Positions 39,112 through 49,567 are shown, numbered from the stretch's first letter. The stretch: 64,000 nucleotides of DNA from an uncultured Bacteriovoracaceae bacterium (GCA_964626465.1 CAZVFP010000001.1:24932-88931), one strand, 5' to 3'. Numbers and translations are program-made. The notes: generated by a model from the letters alone, not told the origin.

Positions 39112-40648
39112 GATATTGGACGATTTCCATTTTTTTATTTTGGTAGAGGACTTTTGCTGAGCCTGTTCCATGCAGGCTCTTATTTGAGGAGTGGCTAAGG
39201 TCTCGGATATAAATATTAATATTGAAACTATTAATAAATCTTTCGATTGCGGAGTCTGAAAAATAGGGATGATTTTCGATAAACTCCGAATGATCAAGGC
39301 CTGCAATGGTTTCTTGCGATGGATAATAAATCACGAAGCTCCAATTAGTATTGAGCAGTGTGTAGATCCAGTTTTGATTGTTGCAGATCATTCTTATATT
39401 TGGGTCTGTGGTGCGAGATTTTTCGATGATATCGGTGATCTCGATTAAGTCCTCTTTCGTGAGTCCATTGAATTCGCTTCGTTTATGCACTACAAATGAA
39501 TAGAATACTTGTAATGCTGTGATGAGAGCTGAGTAGATCAGCAGAGCGATGAAGGGGTACTCCCCCGTTTTTTGTTCCGAAATTGATACTGAGACCAGCG
39601 CAATAAATGCAAATGGCGTTACCAATTCAATATATCTTTCTGGCTCTCCTAAGAATCTTGTTTTTCGAAATGAAGTCGCAAAAAAAATGAGGCATCCCAA
39701 GACAAAGATATGCCAACTGAAGAGCGCAAAACCCGTGAGGTTCTTGTCGTAGACAGTGAGAAGTGTCATAACCGCAATGGGATTTAATATTAAAACCACA
39801 AGCACTGCGTTTTGATAGGCGTAGAGAAGTGCGCTCTTTGGACTTTTAATCAAGAGAACCCAAATGTCTAAAATCAGATCTTTCCAAATGCTCGGTCTAA
39901 ATTTGAGGATGAATACTTTTGCAAGTTTTGTGGCATATACTTTTGAGTGCATGAATCTTTGACGCATATAATTGAATGCATATGAGGGATGTAAGGCAAT
40001 AAAGAAGCCTAGCCCGAAAGCCGCTGACCGAAAGAGATCTGCTTCTCTAAAGGTGATCATCAGGCCAACCGAAATGAAAAGCATCGCCTGCATCGCGAAG
40101 ATATTTGTTCCCCAAATTAAAAATGCCACAAATATAGGGATCGCTTGATAAACGAAGGGTTCCTCTCTGACGAGATATTGGGAGAGAATGAGGGATGCAA
40201 ATAGAAAAATCCCAAGAGCTCTTGAAGAGATCCCTAAGCTTCGCGCGTTGGTCCATACATAGTATTGAGGAGTCAGTGATAAGGCTGTGACTAGAATCAA
40301 CGACTGAATCGTATCGAGACTCGGAATGAGTGTTTTCTGGGTGATAATGGAGATCCCAACGAATTGAAGGACCATCACGATCGAGTTGAAAAAACGTGAT
40401 ACCTGCTCAACTTGGTTTTTACTGAGATAAGAGAGCGCCAGATGCATATAGAGCGGGTCGCAAATGAATACCTGGTTCAAAACATTTGGAAGGCGTATGG
40501 GTAGCCTGTGGCCGCGTTCGCGAATCACATCAATATAATATCGATGTACAGCATTATCTGAGGTCGCCATGCGCTTGACGCTTAGTCTCAATAACTGCGT
40601 TAAGATCAGAACGATAAACGCGGGGGTGATGAGAGTCAGAAACGACAT
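39059..40648 (-). CDS. Polytopic membrane protein with ~150-aa C-terminal soluble domain (possible glycan polymerase/ligase-like).
   Basis: About 12 predicted TM helices. 1-nt overlap with the upstream ABC exporter gene. Confidence 0.55.
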   Translation of the reverse strand: MSFLTLITPAFIVLILTQLLRLSVKRMATSDNAVHRYYIDVIRERGHRLPIRLPNVLNQVFICDPLYMHLALSYLSKNQVEQVSRFFNSIVMVLQFVGISIITQKTLIPSLDTIQSLILVTALSLTPQYYVWTNARSLGISSRALGIFLFASLILSQYLVREEPFVYQAIPIFVAFLIWGTNIFAMQAMLFISVGLMITFREADLFRSAAFGLGFFIALHPSYAFNYMRQRFMHSKVYATKLAKVFILKFRPSIWKDLILDIWVLLIKSPKSALLYAYQNAVLVVLILNPIAVMTLLTVYDKNLTGFALFSWHIFVLGCLIFFATSFRKTRFLGEPERYIELVTPFAFIALVSVSISEQKTGEYPFIALLIYSALITALQVFYSFVVHKRSEFNGLTKEDLIEITDIIEKSRTTDPNIRMICNNQNWIYTLLNTNWSFVIYYPSQETIAGLDHSEFIENHPYFSDSAIERFINSFNINIYIRDLSHSSNKSLHGTGSAKVLYQNKKMEIVQYLNASPSESNQPKPDYKQ

Positions 40649-42396
40649 TAGGGTCCCTTATAAGTCACAAGTGGATTTCCATTTGGTTCAGTGGCGAGCT
40701 CAAGAGTTGCGCCTCCGAATTTGAGAACGCTTTCACGATGAGAAACGATGACAGTAGTGATTTTGCCATCCCATTGGCTCAGGTTTTCAAGTAGATGCGA
40801 CTCTGTTTCTATGTCTAAATTTGCAGTGGCTTCGTCCAAAATAAGTGCGCGAGGTTTTCGAAGAAGGGCGCGCGCCAAACAGATACGCTGCTTCTGCCCG
40901 GAGGAGAGACCCTCCCCTTGTTCTGAAATAATGTGATGAAGCTGTTTTCCTAGATCGAAAACAAATTGAGCTCCCGCAGCGATGAGAGCCCGATTCATTT
41001 CATCTGAAGAAACTTCGCGGTCGACTCCAAACTGCAGGTTTTCTGAAATTGAACCATCAATCAAATAACTTTCTGGTCCGACGTAACCAATTTCAGGCAG
41101 GATAAGCTCAGACACGTCTTTCAATGCCCAAGTTTCTTTTCCACAACTGGCAAAGATCTGTCCGTTTGTGGGTTCAATCTGACCAAGCATTAGATTGAGA
41201 AGTGAGCTTTTACCTATTCCTGAAGGCCCGCGAATGACTAATCTAGTTCCCGGCTTTAGATCGAGGTTCAGATTTTTAAAAATCTCTCTTGATCCATCTG
41301 GGTAGGCAAAAGAAATATTCTTGAATGTCCACCCAATAGGTCCATCGCTCAGCTGAGTTCCTTCTAATGGCTTGGAAGATAGACCGTTGTTAGTGTGTGG
41401 GGCTTTGTTCTGGGAATAGAGATCGTCCCAGCTCTTCACGGTCTTCAATGTGGGCCAGTAGAACATTATGCTCGACAGTCCAAATGCCAGCATGCCAGAA
41501 GTCTGCATCAAGCGTAGCCATAAATAAAAATATGTGAGCAGAAGCGCGGGTGAAAGTGCTTCTATGCGGGTCGTAATAAAGATAATGCCTACGATAACAA
41601 AGAGGCCGAGAAGCTGGGGATAAGCAAATAAAATTGCCGAGAATCGAGCATTTTCCAGAGATAATTTTTGATAGCGATCAATATTTGTTTTACACCAGTC
41701 GTGTTGCCGGTTTTGTCCACCGGTGATTTTGAGAAATAAAATATTTTTCAGAGAAATGGAGAGCCTTTGGTTTAACCGATCCCATTCTTGGCTTAGCTCT
41801 TCGCCGAAACTTTGAACATGTCTTTGAAATAATCTCAGCGGAAACAATAGAGCTGGAATGAGAAAAAGAGCAATAAAGCCGAGCGTTGTAGATTGCAAAA
41901 ATAAGGCAGTGATCAAGCAGAGACAGAGAGAGCTTTGCACCACCAACGATTGAAGATTGCCCAAAGTAAACGAAGTCCAATTGACGCCTTCTCCGAATAG
42001 CGAAGTGAATTCACCAGTATTCACAGATTTGGCAGAAAATACCCAATCTAACATCTTTTGCCTTTGATGCTTTTTGTATTCTTGGCTTACAGCTGACGCG
42101 GAATAGGTTTGAGCCCACGATAGAACAGATCTGAGAACAGCAAGTAAAATAAGACCTGCGAAGAGCTCATAGCTATCGAGATTGTCAAACCAATGCGGCG
42201 CGGTACCCATTTCTTTTTTTGGGACGACGACCAGAAAGAAAGACTGAATGCCGTGAGTGAAAGCAAACTCGGTGACGAATAAAGCAATTCCAGTAATGGC
42301 ACCTATGATGAAAAAAAAAGCCGTTTTAGATCCGACAAAATAAATCCAGCTTTTCGGACGTGACTGATTTGGCATCAGCTGACGAGTGAGGTTCAT
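40648..42396 (-). CDS. ABC transporter, fused permease + ATP-binding protein (type I exporter).
   Basis: N-terminal 6-TM domain. Walker A GPSGIGKSS. Signature LSSGQKQRICLARAL. Walker B ILDEATANLD. Confidence 0.85.
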   Translation of the reverse strand: MNLTRQLMPNQSRPKSWIYFVGSKTAFFFIIGAITGIALFVTEFAFTHGIQSFFLVVVPKKEMGTAPHWFDNLDSYELFAGLILLAVLRSVLSWAQTYSASAVSQEYKKHQRQKMLDWVFSAKSVNTGEFTSLFGEGVNWTSFTLGNLQSLVVQSSLCLCLITALFLQSTTLGFIALFLIPALLFPLRLFQRHVQSFGEELSQEWDRLNQRLSISLKNILFLKITGGQNRQHDWCKTNIDRYQKLSLENARFSAILFAYPQLLGLFVIVGIIFITTRIEALSPALLLTYFYLWLRLMQTSGMLAFGLSSIMFYWPTLKTVKSWDDLYSQNKAPHTNNGLSSKPLEGTQLSDGPIGWTFKNISFAYPDGSREIFKNLNLDLKPGTRLVIRGPSGIGKSSLLNLMLGQIEPTNGQIFASCGKETWALKDVSELILPEIGYVGPESYLIDGSISENLQFGVDREVSSDEMNRALIAAGAQFVFDLGKQLHHIISEQGEGLSSGQKQRICLARALLRKPRALILDEATANLDIETESHLLENLSQWDGKITTVIVSHRESVLKFGGATLELATEPNGNPLVTYKGP

Positions 42397-42501
42397 GTTT
42401 TAGTTGATTCTCCGGTATGCTTAAGTCGAATTTGATTTACTGTTTGGCAATATAGATCCATCTCTATAAAGTATTCTTGCGTAAAGAAACGGAGTAAACA
42501 A

Positions 42502-43344
42502 ATGTTGTTGCCGAACGCACATTTTTCCGATGCCACAAATTCTAGGTTTGACCTGAACAGCCTGTTTATCAAAGAAGAGTCTCTGAAATCGCTGAGGCAG
42601 CAAATCTATGGCTCCCAATCCCCTGGCTATTTTATTATAAGGAATTTTCTGACTCCAGAACAGTTAAGGCATATTCAAGAGATCTGGACAGAGGCAGAAG
42701 CTCCTAAATTTCACCAGTGCTTTCGTGATAAGCGAGATTTTTATTTCGGCTGCCCAAACTATTATAGCGAGCAAAATGGATCTCGAACTTTCTACAATTT
42801 TCTATGGGAAAAACCGTTGGACGAACTGACGTATTCGATCGCGATTCATTTTCATATGCTCCGCAATCGTATCGAGGCAAAAACCATTTCTGACGATTTA
42901 TTTCCATATCAAAGACGATCATGTAGCTATCGTGTCATTGTTTCGGATTTTCCCGAGTATGAAGTGAAGCCACACCGAGACTATTATTTTCCGGACGACC
43001 CCACAAATAAGCTGCACGACCTGACGCGAGTTCAAGGAACATTGTTTTTGTCAGAGTATGGGCGGGACTATACTGGAGGTGGCTTTGTATTTCGGACGAA
43101 TCAAGGGACGGATATTCAGTTCGGCAAAGATATTCAATTGGCAGCAGGCGATTTCGTGATTTGGCGCTATTCGAATCTTCACTCCGTCACTTTGACAAAG
43201 AGGATGGATAATGGAATGGGTTTTGTCCGGATTCTGTTTCCACCAGAATATATTTATGAACGCAGAAGAGGTTTCTTGGACTTTGGGTATCGAATTGCGC
43301 GAGTTGCTTGTGATCGCTTAGCGAAGTTCGTGGCTCTTCGGTAA
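42502..43344 (+). CDS. Hypothetical protein, possibly 2OG-Fe(II) oxygenase-like.
   Basis: HRD...(~57 aa)...H then R spacing resembles the HxD...H facial triad. Weak. Confidence 0.45.
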   Translation: MLLPNAHFSDATNSRFDLNSLFIKEESLKSLRQQIYGSQSPGYFIIRNFLTPEQLRHIQEIWTEAEAPKFHQCFRDKRDFYFGCPNYYSEQNGSRTFYNFLWEKPLDELTYSIAIHFHMLRNRIEAKTISDDLFPYQRRSCSYRVIVSDFPEYEVKPHRDYYFPDDPTNKLHDLTRVQGTLFLSEYGRDYTGGGFVFRTNQGTDIQFGKDIQLAAGDFVIWRYSNLHSVTLTKRMDNGMGFVRILFPPEYIYERRRGFLDFGYRIARVACDRLAKFVALR

Positions 43345-43359
43345 TTTTGAGGGAAGCAC

Positions 43360-44007
43360 ATGAGATTTACTCCATATAAAGTTGACTATGACTTGTTGGT
43401 CGACACGGGACTTGAAAATAACTTAGTTCCAGATAATTATTTTACGCTTTGGGATCTCATTGCAGAGTGGCAGGTGATGGTACTGAGTGAAAGAGGTATT
43501 CGCACCTCAAGCTATCTTCTTGATATTGGTTGCGGTGCAATGCGATTGGGATTTAGCGCTGTAAATTATTTGGACTCTGGACATTATTTTGGAATGGACC
43601 CCTACTCTCCCTATGTGGAGACTGCAAAAGCAATGGCAGCCAAATTGAAGATTCAGAAAGAATTTCATTTGTCAAATCGGTCTGATTTTGGATTTGGACT
43701 TTTTAATCACAAATTTGATTATGCAATGGCTCAATCCGTTGTCACTCACTTGTCGTGGGCTCAGTTTAGAGCCTGTCTGCTTGAGTTGAAAAAGGTGATG
43801 AACTCTGGAGCCCAATTTATTTTTACTTATTCAATTGGTTACTATCCGACTGTTGGCTTTATGTACGGAGGTAGCCATGTCATGAAACGTCCTTGGATTC
43901 GTGATATTCAGCAGATCAAGAATTTGGCAGCCGAATTGAAAATAGATTTTCAAACCTTGGAGTTTAAGCATCCGACAGGTCAGTTGGTTGGCATATTTCG
44001 TTTCTGA
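43360..44007 (+). CDS. Class I SAM-dependent methyltransferase.
   Basis: Motif I LLDIGCGAMRLG. Confidence 0.7.
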   Translation: MRFTPYKVDYDLLVDTGLENNLVPDNYFTLWDLIAEWQVMVLSERGIRTSSYLLDIGCGAMRLGFSAVNYLDSGHYFGMDPYSPYVETAKAMAAKLKIQKEFHLSNRSDFGFGLFNHKFDYAMAQSVVTHLSWAQFRACLLELKKVMNSGAQFIFTYSIGYYPTVGFMYGGSHVMKRPWIRDIQQIKNLAAELKIDFQTLEFKHPTGQLVGIFRF

Positions 44008-44163
44008 TATTGCGACCCATTTAATGGGCACCCGTGTCCCTCAATCTGCGACATTTACATCTCAGAGCCATCTTTTAAATAGGTTTTAAGCTGTTTATAG
44101 CCTATTTGGGGGCGGCACATATTCTGCATTTTATCTCTGTAGAAGCAAAAAGCTTCAGAGGAG

Positions 44164-44517
44164 ATGGATATGCGAATGACACTGAAAAATCGATGGCGCG
44201 GGTTGGCCCTGCTTGGCCTGATTTGTATATCTCTTCTCAGTGGGTCGCGAACTGAGGCTTCAAGCTTGATTGCCTCTGACAAAGGAATGCATTTCGGTGT
44301 TTCTGCAGCCTCGCATATGGCCTGCTCGATGATTACTCAGGCGCTGACGAATTCTAAATGGGGAAGCAAAATTGGATGCTGGATGGCTGTGAATGCGGCA
44401 GGTGTGATCAAAGAGATGACCGATCCGCTTCATCATGGAACCCGAGATGTTGAGGATGTATATGCCAATATGGCGGGATCCGGTATTTCATTTGCGACTC
44501 TTTCTATAGCATTTTGA
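44164..44517 (+). CDS. Small secreted/membrane hypothetical protein.
   Basis: Signal peptide. Hydrophobic C-terminus. Confidence 0.45.
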   Translation: MDMRMTLKNRWRGLALLGLICISLLSGSRTEASSLIASDKGMHFGVSAASHMACSMITQALTNSKWGSKIGCWMAVNAAGVIKEMTDPLHHGTRDVEDVYANMAGSGISFATLSIAF

Positions 44518-44547
44518 GCTTGCTGAAACCGGCTGCGATTTGCTCTA

Positions 44548-45969
44548 GTGTCAGACGTGGGCAGGGATTTTCTCATATCATTGTTTGTTTTCTCGTTTTT
44601 ATCTTTCGAATTATTGGGCCAAAAGGCTTCTGTTCCCCCGAGTATTTGGATCACCAAAGAGCAGCGAGCTGTTTTCAGTGACTTTCGTGCGGCAGAGTAT
44701 CGAATTACATACGATACGATTCACGAAAAGGTGCATGTAAAAACGCAAATTGAATTTGATACCTTTCAAGAGGGAAAACTGCTTTTTGATTTGGTCGAAG
44801 AGCCTGCAAAAATACTTCTAGATGGCGAAGACGTAAAATCGAGCGTTGTTGAGATCGGCGAAAAAACGACCAAGATGAGAATGCTCGAAAAATCATGTTT
44901 TTCAGGGAGACATATTCTTTTGATCGAGCATGAAATTTCGGAAAAGGTTCGTTTTCAAAACGGTGGGGCCGCTAGCGCCTTTTGGACAGACGATCGTTTG
45001 GATCGTCATCTTCTCGAGCAGTATTTGCCAACAAATTTGGAATACGATCAATACGCAATGACTGCTTATATCAATTTTGAAGGGAGTGGGCCCGATCAAG
45101 TGTTGTGGACAAATGGTGAAGTGACGAAGACAGATGGTCGGCAGTTCAAAATTGTTTGGCCGCGTACTTCCACTTCGGCTTCCATTTATTTTCATCTTGG
45201 TCTTGAGGACGAATTCATTTCAACTAATGGTGAATTTATAAGAACTGACGGAAAAATTATTCCCATCACTGTGTATTCTAAACGTGAAGGGAATTTGAAA
45301 ATTGATTCGTATATCGATCAAGTCAAAGTGGAATTGAAGAAACTGGAAGACACTTTTGGAATTTTTCCTCACTCTCGCCTCTTAATCTATATGGCCCCAG
45401 ATTTCTTGGGTGAATCCGACTACCCTGGTGCGGTGATGGCTGGCGAAAAGTCGCTGATCCATGGGCTAGCGCATCAATACTTTGGACATGCGCTGCAGGC
45501 CGCTGGCGGTAATTCGCGCTGGATTTTTGAAGGAATCGTCGCTTGGAAAGAAAAAGAATATCCGAAACTTAATCGACTCATCTTTGATTCGGAAAATTTT
45601 GTCTCGGAATGGGCTTTTCGTCGTCAGATGGTCTCTTCGGGATATGATCGTGGCGGAGACTTAATGGCTTACTTTGATTCTCTCGTTTTTACACAAACCG
45701 GAGGAACAAAAGGATTAGCGGATGTGATTCGTCATTCTTTAAAGCTGCGTTTATTTAAACCCATGACCGTTGAACAATTTCGTGAAGATCTTGAAAAAGT
45801 ATCTGGGAAATCCTTTGAGAAGGAATTTAAGAAATGGGTCTATAAGGGCGAAGTTTCTAAGAATCAGAATATTTTTGGTGGATCAATCGAGCGAAGGGTG
45901 AAGAGCGTTCACCATCCGGTGAGGCAGAAAACGAAGGATGATGAAGATTTCTTCGGTAAGTATCTATAG
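44548..45969 (+). CDS. M1-like gluzincin-fold protein with HExxH replaced by HGxxH (possible pseudo-peptidase).
   Basis: YPGAVMAGE...IHGLAHQYFGH resembles GAMEN...HELAHQWFG, but the motifs are unusually close together and the catalytic Glu is replaced by Gly. Confidence 0.5.
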   Translation: MSDVGRDFLISLFVFSFLSFELLGQKASVPPSIWITKEQRAVFSDFRAAEYRITYDTIHEKVHVKTQIEFDTFQEGKLLFDLVEEPAKILLDGEDVKSSVVEIGEKTTKMRMLEKSCFSGRHILLIEHEISEKVRFQNGGAASAFWTDDRLDRHLLEQYLPTNLEYDQYAMTAYINFEGSGPDQVLWTNGEVTKTDGRQFKIVWPRTSTSASIYFHLGLEDEFISTNGEFIRTDGKIIPITVYSKREGNLKIDSYIDQVKVELKKLEDTFGIFPHSRLLIYMAPDFLGESDYPGAVMAGEKSLIHGLAHQYFGHALQAAGGNSRWIFEGIVAWKEKEYPKLNRLIFDSENFVSEWAFRRQMVSSGYDRGGDLMAYFDSLVFTQTGGTKGLADVIRHSLKLRLFKPMTVEQFREDLEKVSGKSFEKEFKKWVYKGEVSKNQNIFGGSIERRVKSVHHPVRQKTKDDEDFFGKYL

Positions 45970-45982
45970 GTCTCGCACGAAT

Positions 45983-46945
45983 CTAGAAATGACTTGCTCC
46001 GACGGATAGAGCTCTTAAAACTTCTTGGTTAATATTTTCTTGATCCTGAAATCTGAGGCGAGAGAAGAGAATGCCCTTCTTTGAATTCGGCAGTTGGTAA
46101 GCGAGGCTTCCTATCCCTTGAATACTGCCATGTGGTGATCCGAGGTCTAACGTAAATGCAAAAGTTTCTGGGAGTTGTGGGGCTTCAATCAGACAGCCGC
46201 CTGCGGACAATGAGAGTGTGTGAAACTTCTGTGCAATACCAACAGAGGGATCAGTGATCATAAATGCTTTTCGCATGGTGACTCGCTTCCATGTGCGTTC
46301 AGCCTTCCATGGATTTTCTTGCCCTTCTTTCATTCGACTCTCAATGACCTTGAGATATTTAAAAATTGTCGACGAGTCGGGTTTAGCTTTTGCGGCTTTT
46401 ACAATGAGCGAATATGCCGCATCAATGTGGTTGAGCGAGAGTTCCGCCAATGCTTTGAGCGTTAAGGCTTGTGCGTCATTTGGAAATTTCTTGAGCAATA
46501 GATCGGAGTAGTAAATCGCTCGATCAAATGCCTCTGAATAAAGAGCCGCCGTACCAGCACACATAAGAACATCTGGCTCTGCTTGAATATGTGGCAAGGC
46601 TTCTTCAAACAACTTCAGAGCTTCAGAATAATTTTTTTCTTGGAGGAGGTTTTTTGCTGTGCGAATGGTGTCAGTTGCTCGGCCAATCGCTTTGTCTTCC
46701 ATTCGTAATACTTGCCTGAGCTGAATGAGCTGAGAGAAAGCGTCATCAATTCGTCCCGCTTTCAGTTGCCTCTCACTAGCAGAGGACATTGAATTGATGC
46801 GTCGTTGAATTTCACTGCGAAGTTTGTCACACGCTTTTTGGCAGTCTTCCTCCGAAGCGTTGATAAATAGATGCAAGGCTTGGTAGATTCTGAGCTCCCT
46901 CAGGGATAAGTCTTGTTTCTTTTCGGGTTCCTTTCTTTTTATCAC
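45983..46945 (-). CDS. TPR-repeat protein with C-terminal PilZ-like domain.
   Basis: TPR-like helices. C-terminal RTWKR (RxxxR) and LSLSAGG (a degenerate D/NxSxxG). Confidence 0.55.
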   Translation of the reverse strand: MIKRKEPEKKQDLSLRELRIYQALHLFINASEEDCQKACDKLRSEIQRRINSMSSASERQLKAGRIDDAFSQLIQLRQVLRMEDKAIGRATDTIRTAKNLLQEKNYSEALKLFEEALPHIQAEPDVLMCAGTAALYSEAFDRAIYYSDLLLKKFPNDAQALTLKALAELSLNHIDAAYSLIVKAAKAKPDSSTIFKYLKVIESRMKEGQENPWKAERTWKRVTMRKAFMITDPSVGIAQKFHTLSLSAGGCLIEAPQLPETFAFTLDLGSPHGSIQGIGSLAYQLPNSKKGILFSRLRFQDQENINQEVLRALSVGASHF

Positions 46946-47122
46946 ACCGTCAGAAAATGCAAAATGAGCGCCCAGCGGCCTGCAACGAAAAATGCCTATT
47001 ATTTCAATATCTTGTGTATTTCAGCAAAAAATGCGGATCGTTAAAAGCGGCAAAAGTCGTCGTCAATTTTGAGCTGAGGCCACTACATTTTTCGGACGAG
47101 GGGGTTCACTCAGCACAACGCC

Positions 47123-48109
47123 CTAGAGATTGATAAAGCTGCTGCCAATGTCTGGTGGATTCTTCAGAATGCCGAGATCAATCAGCTGCGCACCGAGACT
47201 CTCCCATCGTTCTTTCGACATAAATCCAAGCAGATGATTTTCTGGATCGTCGTCGCGAGGAATAATAAATGGCATTTGCCTTTTTGAGATATCATTGAAT
47301 GTCGTAAGCGGCATTGATTTGTTGAGCTCAGACATATGCACATTTGTCGGAGCTGGATTCTTGATATAGAGATCCCAGCCAGCACGGGTCGCGGTCACAA
47401 ATTTATCGACAATTTCCTTGTTGTTCTTCAAGTAATCAGCCTTCATCGCAACAACTTCGATATATGGATTATAACCTGAGTCTGCGATTAAAAATGTTTT
47501 CGTCGGTACATTTTCTTTTTCAGCGTGAAGAGGTTCAGAGAATACGAAACACTGTTGGGCAAGATTTGTATCATGCAGAAATGGGCCAATACTTCCTGTG
47601 TATGGGACGACCTGTATTTTGGAGAATCCATATTTTTTTTCTAAGAACAGTGAGAACGCTTGGCCTTTCTGGATAGCGAGAGTTCCAGATTTAAATACGT
47701 CTGCTAATTCGCCTAGTTTTCTAGAGTCATGAACCATAATGGCCATTGGTGATGTGTGATAAACGGCATATGCTGAAATAACATCTGCGCCTCTATCGCG
47801 CGCGGTTAAAACTTCAGATGCACTCGAAATGGCGAGCTCCACCTGTCCGGCGGCAACCATCTGAATCGTTGGACTTCCAGCGCCACCGGGAACAATTTCC
47901 ACATCAAGCCCGGCAGAATCATAGAGCCCCATCATCTTTGCGGCATAGAATCCTCCAAACTCAGGCTCAGCCACCCAGTTTAAAGCCAGTCGAATTTTTG
48001 GTTTCGAGGATGATATTAGAGAATGTTTCTCCATTTTCTTTTCAAGGACAAAGAAAAGAGCCGCGCCCAGTAATGGTAAAACAAAAAATGTGAATCGAGA
48101 GATTTTCAT
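47123..48109 (-). CDS. ABC transporter substrate-binding protein, NMT1/THI5-like (NitT/TauT family).
   Basis: Signal peptide. SsuA/ThiY-like fold signature. Confidence 0.75.
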   Translation of the reverse strand: MKISRFTFFVLPLLGAALFFVLEKKMEKHSLISSSKPKIRLALNWVAEPEFGGFYAAKMMGLYDSAGLDVEIVPGGAGSPTIQMVAAGQVELAISSASEVLTARDRGADVISAYAVYHTSPMAIMVHDSRKLGELADVFKSGTLAIQKGQAFSLFLEKKYGFSKIQVVPYTGSIGPFLHDTNLAQQCFVFSEPLHAEKENVPTKTFLIADSGYNPYIEVVAMKADYLKNNKEIVDKFVTATRAGWDLYIKNPAPTNVHMSELNKSMPLTTFNDISKRQMPFIIPRDDDPENHLLGFMSKERWESLGAQLIDLGILKNPPDIGSSFINL

Positions 48110-48116
48110 CGAACGA

Positions 48117-48848
48117 TCATCGTTCTGAAGGGTGCCAGGAGTGAAGTATTATTTTTGAGATTTTCGAGACAATTTTGAGAAAGGCTAAACCGATAAAGGA
48201 GGCTGAGATCACGCTCGCACCAATCATCTCGATGCGTTGTTGAGTTCTCGAAGTATCAATAAGGCCACCAAGCCCTCCTCCCGCAATAAATTCGCCGACA
48301 ATTGCGCCAATGACCGCAAGTCCCGCAGAAATTTCGGCGCCGATGAAAATCTGCGGCAATGCGTGGGGTAATCTCAGTTTAGTAATCGTGTCCCATTCTG
48401 AAGCCTTGTGGATTCTGAAAAGATCAACGAGTGGCAGATCTGTTGAAAGAAAGCCTTTAAGAGTACTCGCGATCATTGGAAATACCGAAACGATGAAACT
48501 TGAAATGGCGACCGTATTGAATCCATACCCAAACCAGATGACGAGAAGCGGAGCTATGGCAATGATGGGAACCGTCTGAAAAAAAGAGATATAAGGATAA
48601 AACATTTTCTGAAGAATTTTTCTCGATGAAAGAAAAATTCCAATCCCAATTCCAACAATGACGGAAAGAAGAAATCCTGTTGTCGCGGCTGTTAATGTTG
48701 AGAGGGCTGCCTGAAAAAGAGTGGAAGGTTCATTGATAAATATGGAGAGAATTTCTGTTGGCGCTGGAAAGAGAAATGAAGGGATCACTTTCTGTCTGAC
48801 GAGAATTTCGAGTACAGTCACTATAACCACCAGCGGAATAATTGCCAT
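48117..48848 (-). CDS. ABC transporter permease (NitT/TauT family).
   Basis: Six-TM permease. Adjacent to the ATPase and substrate-binding genes. Confidence 0.85.
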   Translation of the reverse strand: MAIIPLVVIVTVLEILVRQKVIPSFLFPAPTEILSIFINEPSTLFQAALSTLTAATTGFLLSVIVGIGIGIFLSSRKILQKMFYPYISFFQTVPIIAIAPLLVIWFGYGFNTVAISSFIVSVFPMIASTLKGFLSTDLPLVDLFRIHKASEWDTITKLRLPHALPQIFIGAEISAGLAVIGAIVGEFIAGGGLGGLIDTSRTQQRIEMIGASVISASFIGLAFLKIVSKISKIILHSWHPSER

Positions 48849-49567
48849 TAAGATTGACTCCTCAATATTTCAGAAAAACGAGAGACCTCAGCGCCGAATT
48901 GTGGACTCCATCTTATTTCTGTTGGCCGATCTAAGGGAAGCTCGATGCTTCTGACCAGACTAGGTTCCGTCATCGTCAAAATTTTTGAGCTGAGGAATAT
49001 AGCTTCCATGATGGAATGAGTGACAAATATGACGGTTAAGTTTTGTTCACGCCAGATCTGGCGCAGATCTTTGTCAAGGCGCTCTCGTGTCAACTCATCC
49101 AGAGCAGCAAATGGTTCATCGAGCAGAAGAAGTTTTGGCTTTGTGATCAAAGCTCGAGCGAGGGACACTCTCATTTTTATTCCGCCAGAAAGCTGATGTG
49201 GCTTGAGTGATGAAAACCTTTCAAGTCCGAGCCACTGCAAATGTTGTCGAATCACTTGTTCGTCGACAGTTAATCCCTTCAGTTCAAGCGGAAGTCGGAT
49301 ATTTTCAACAACGTTTCGCCACGGCAGTAACTGCGCTTCTTGAAAAACAATCGATGTTTTATGTATCCATTCAGTATTCTGCCAGTCGACATTCCCCGAG
49401 TATTCAGAATCGAGTTCTGCAATGATTCTGAGTAACGTGGATTTTCCACAACCCGAAGGTCCTAGAATCGAAAGAAAATCTCCTTCATGAATTGCAAGAT
49501 TGAGGTTCCTAAAAACATTTAGTTCCCCATACTGTTTCGAAAGATTTGACAGGCGAAGAATTTCCAC
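48848..49567 (-). CDS. ABC transporter ATP-binding protein.
   Basis: Walker A GPSGCGKST. Signature LSGGIKMRVSLARAL. Walker B LLLLDEPF. Confidence 0.9.
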   Translation of the reverse strand: MEILRLSNLSKQYGELNVFRNLNLAIHEGDFLSILGPSGCGKSTLLRIIAELDSEYSGNVDWQNTEWIHKTSIVFQEAQLLPWRNVVENIRLPLELKGLTVDEQVIRQHLQWLGLERFSSLKPHQLSGGIKMRVSLARALITKPKLLLLDEPFAALDELTRERLDKDLRQIWREQNLTVIFVTHSIMEAIFLSSKILTMTEPSLVRSIELPLDRPTEIRWSPQFGAEVSRFSEILRSQS

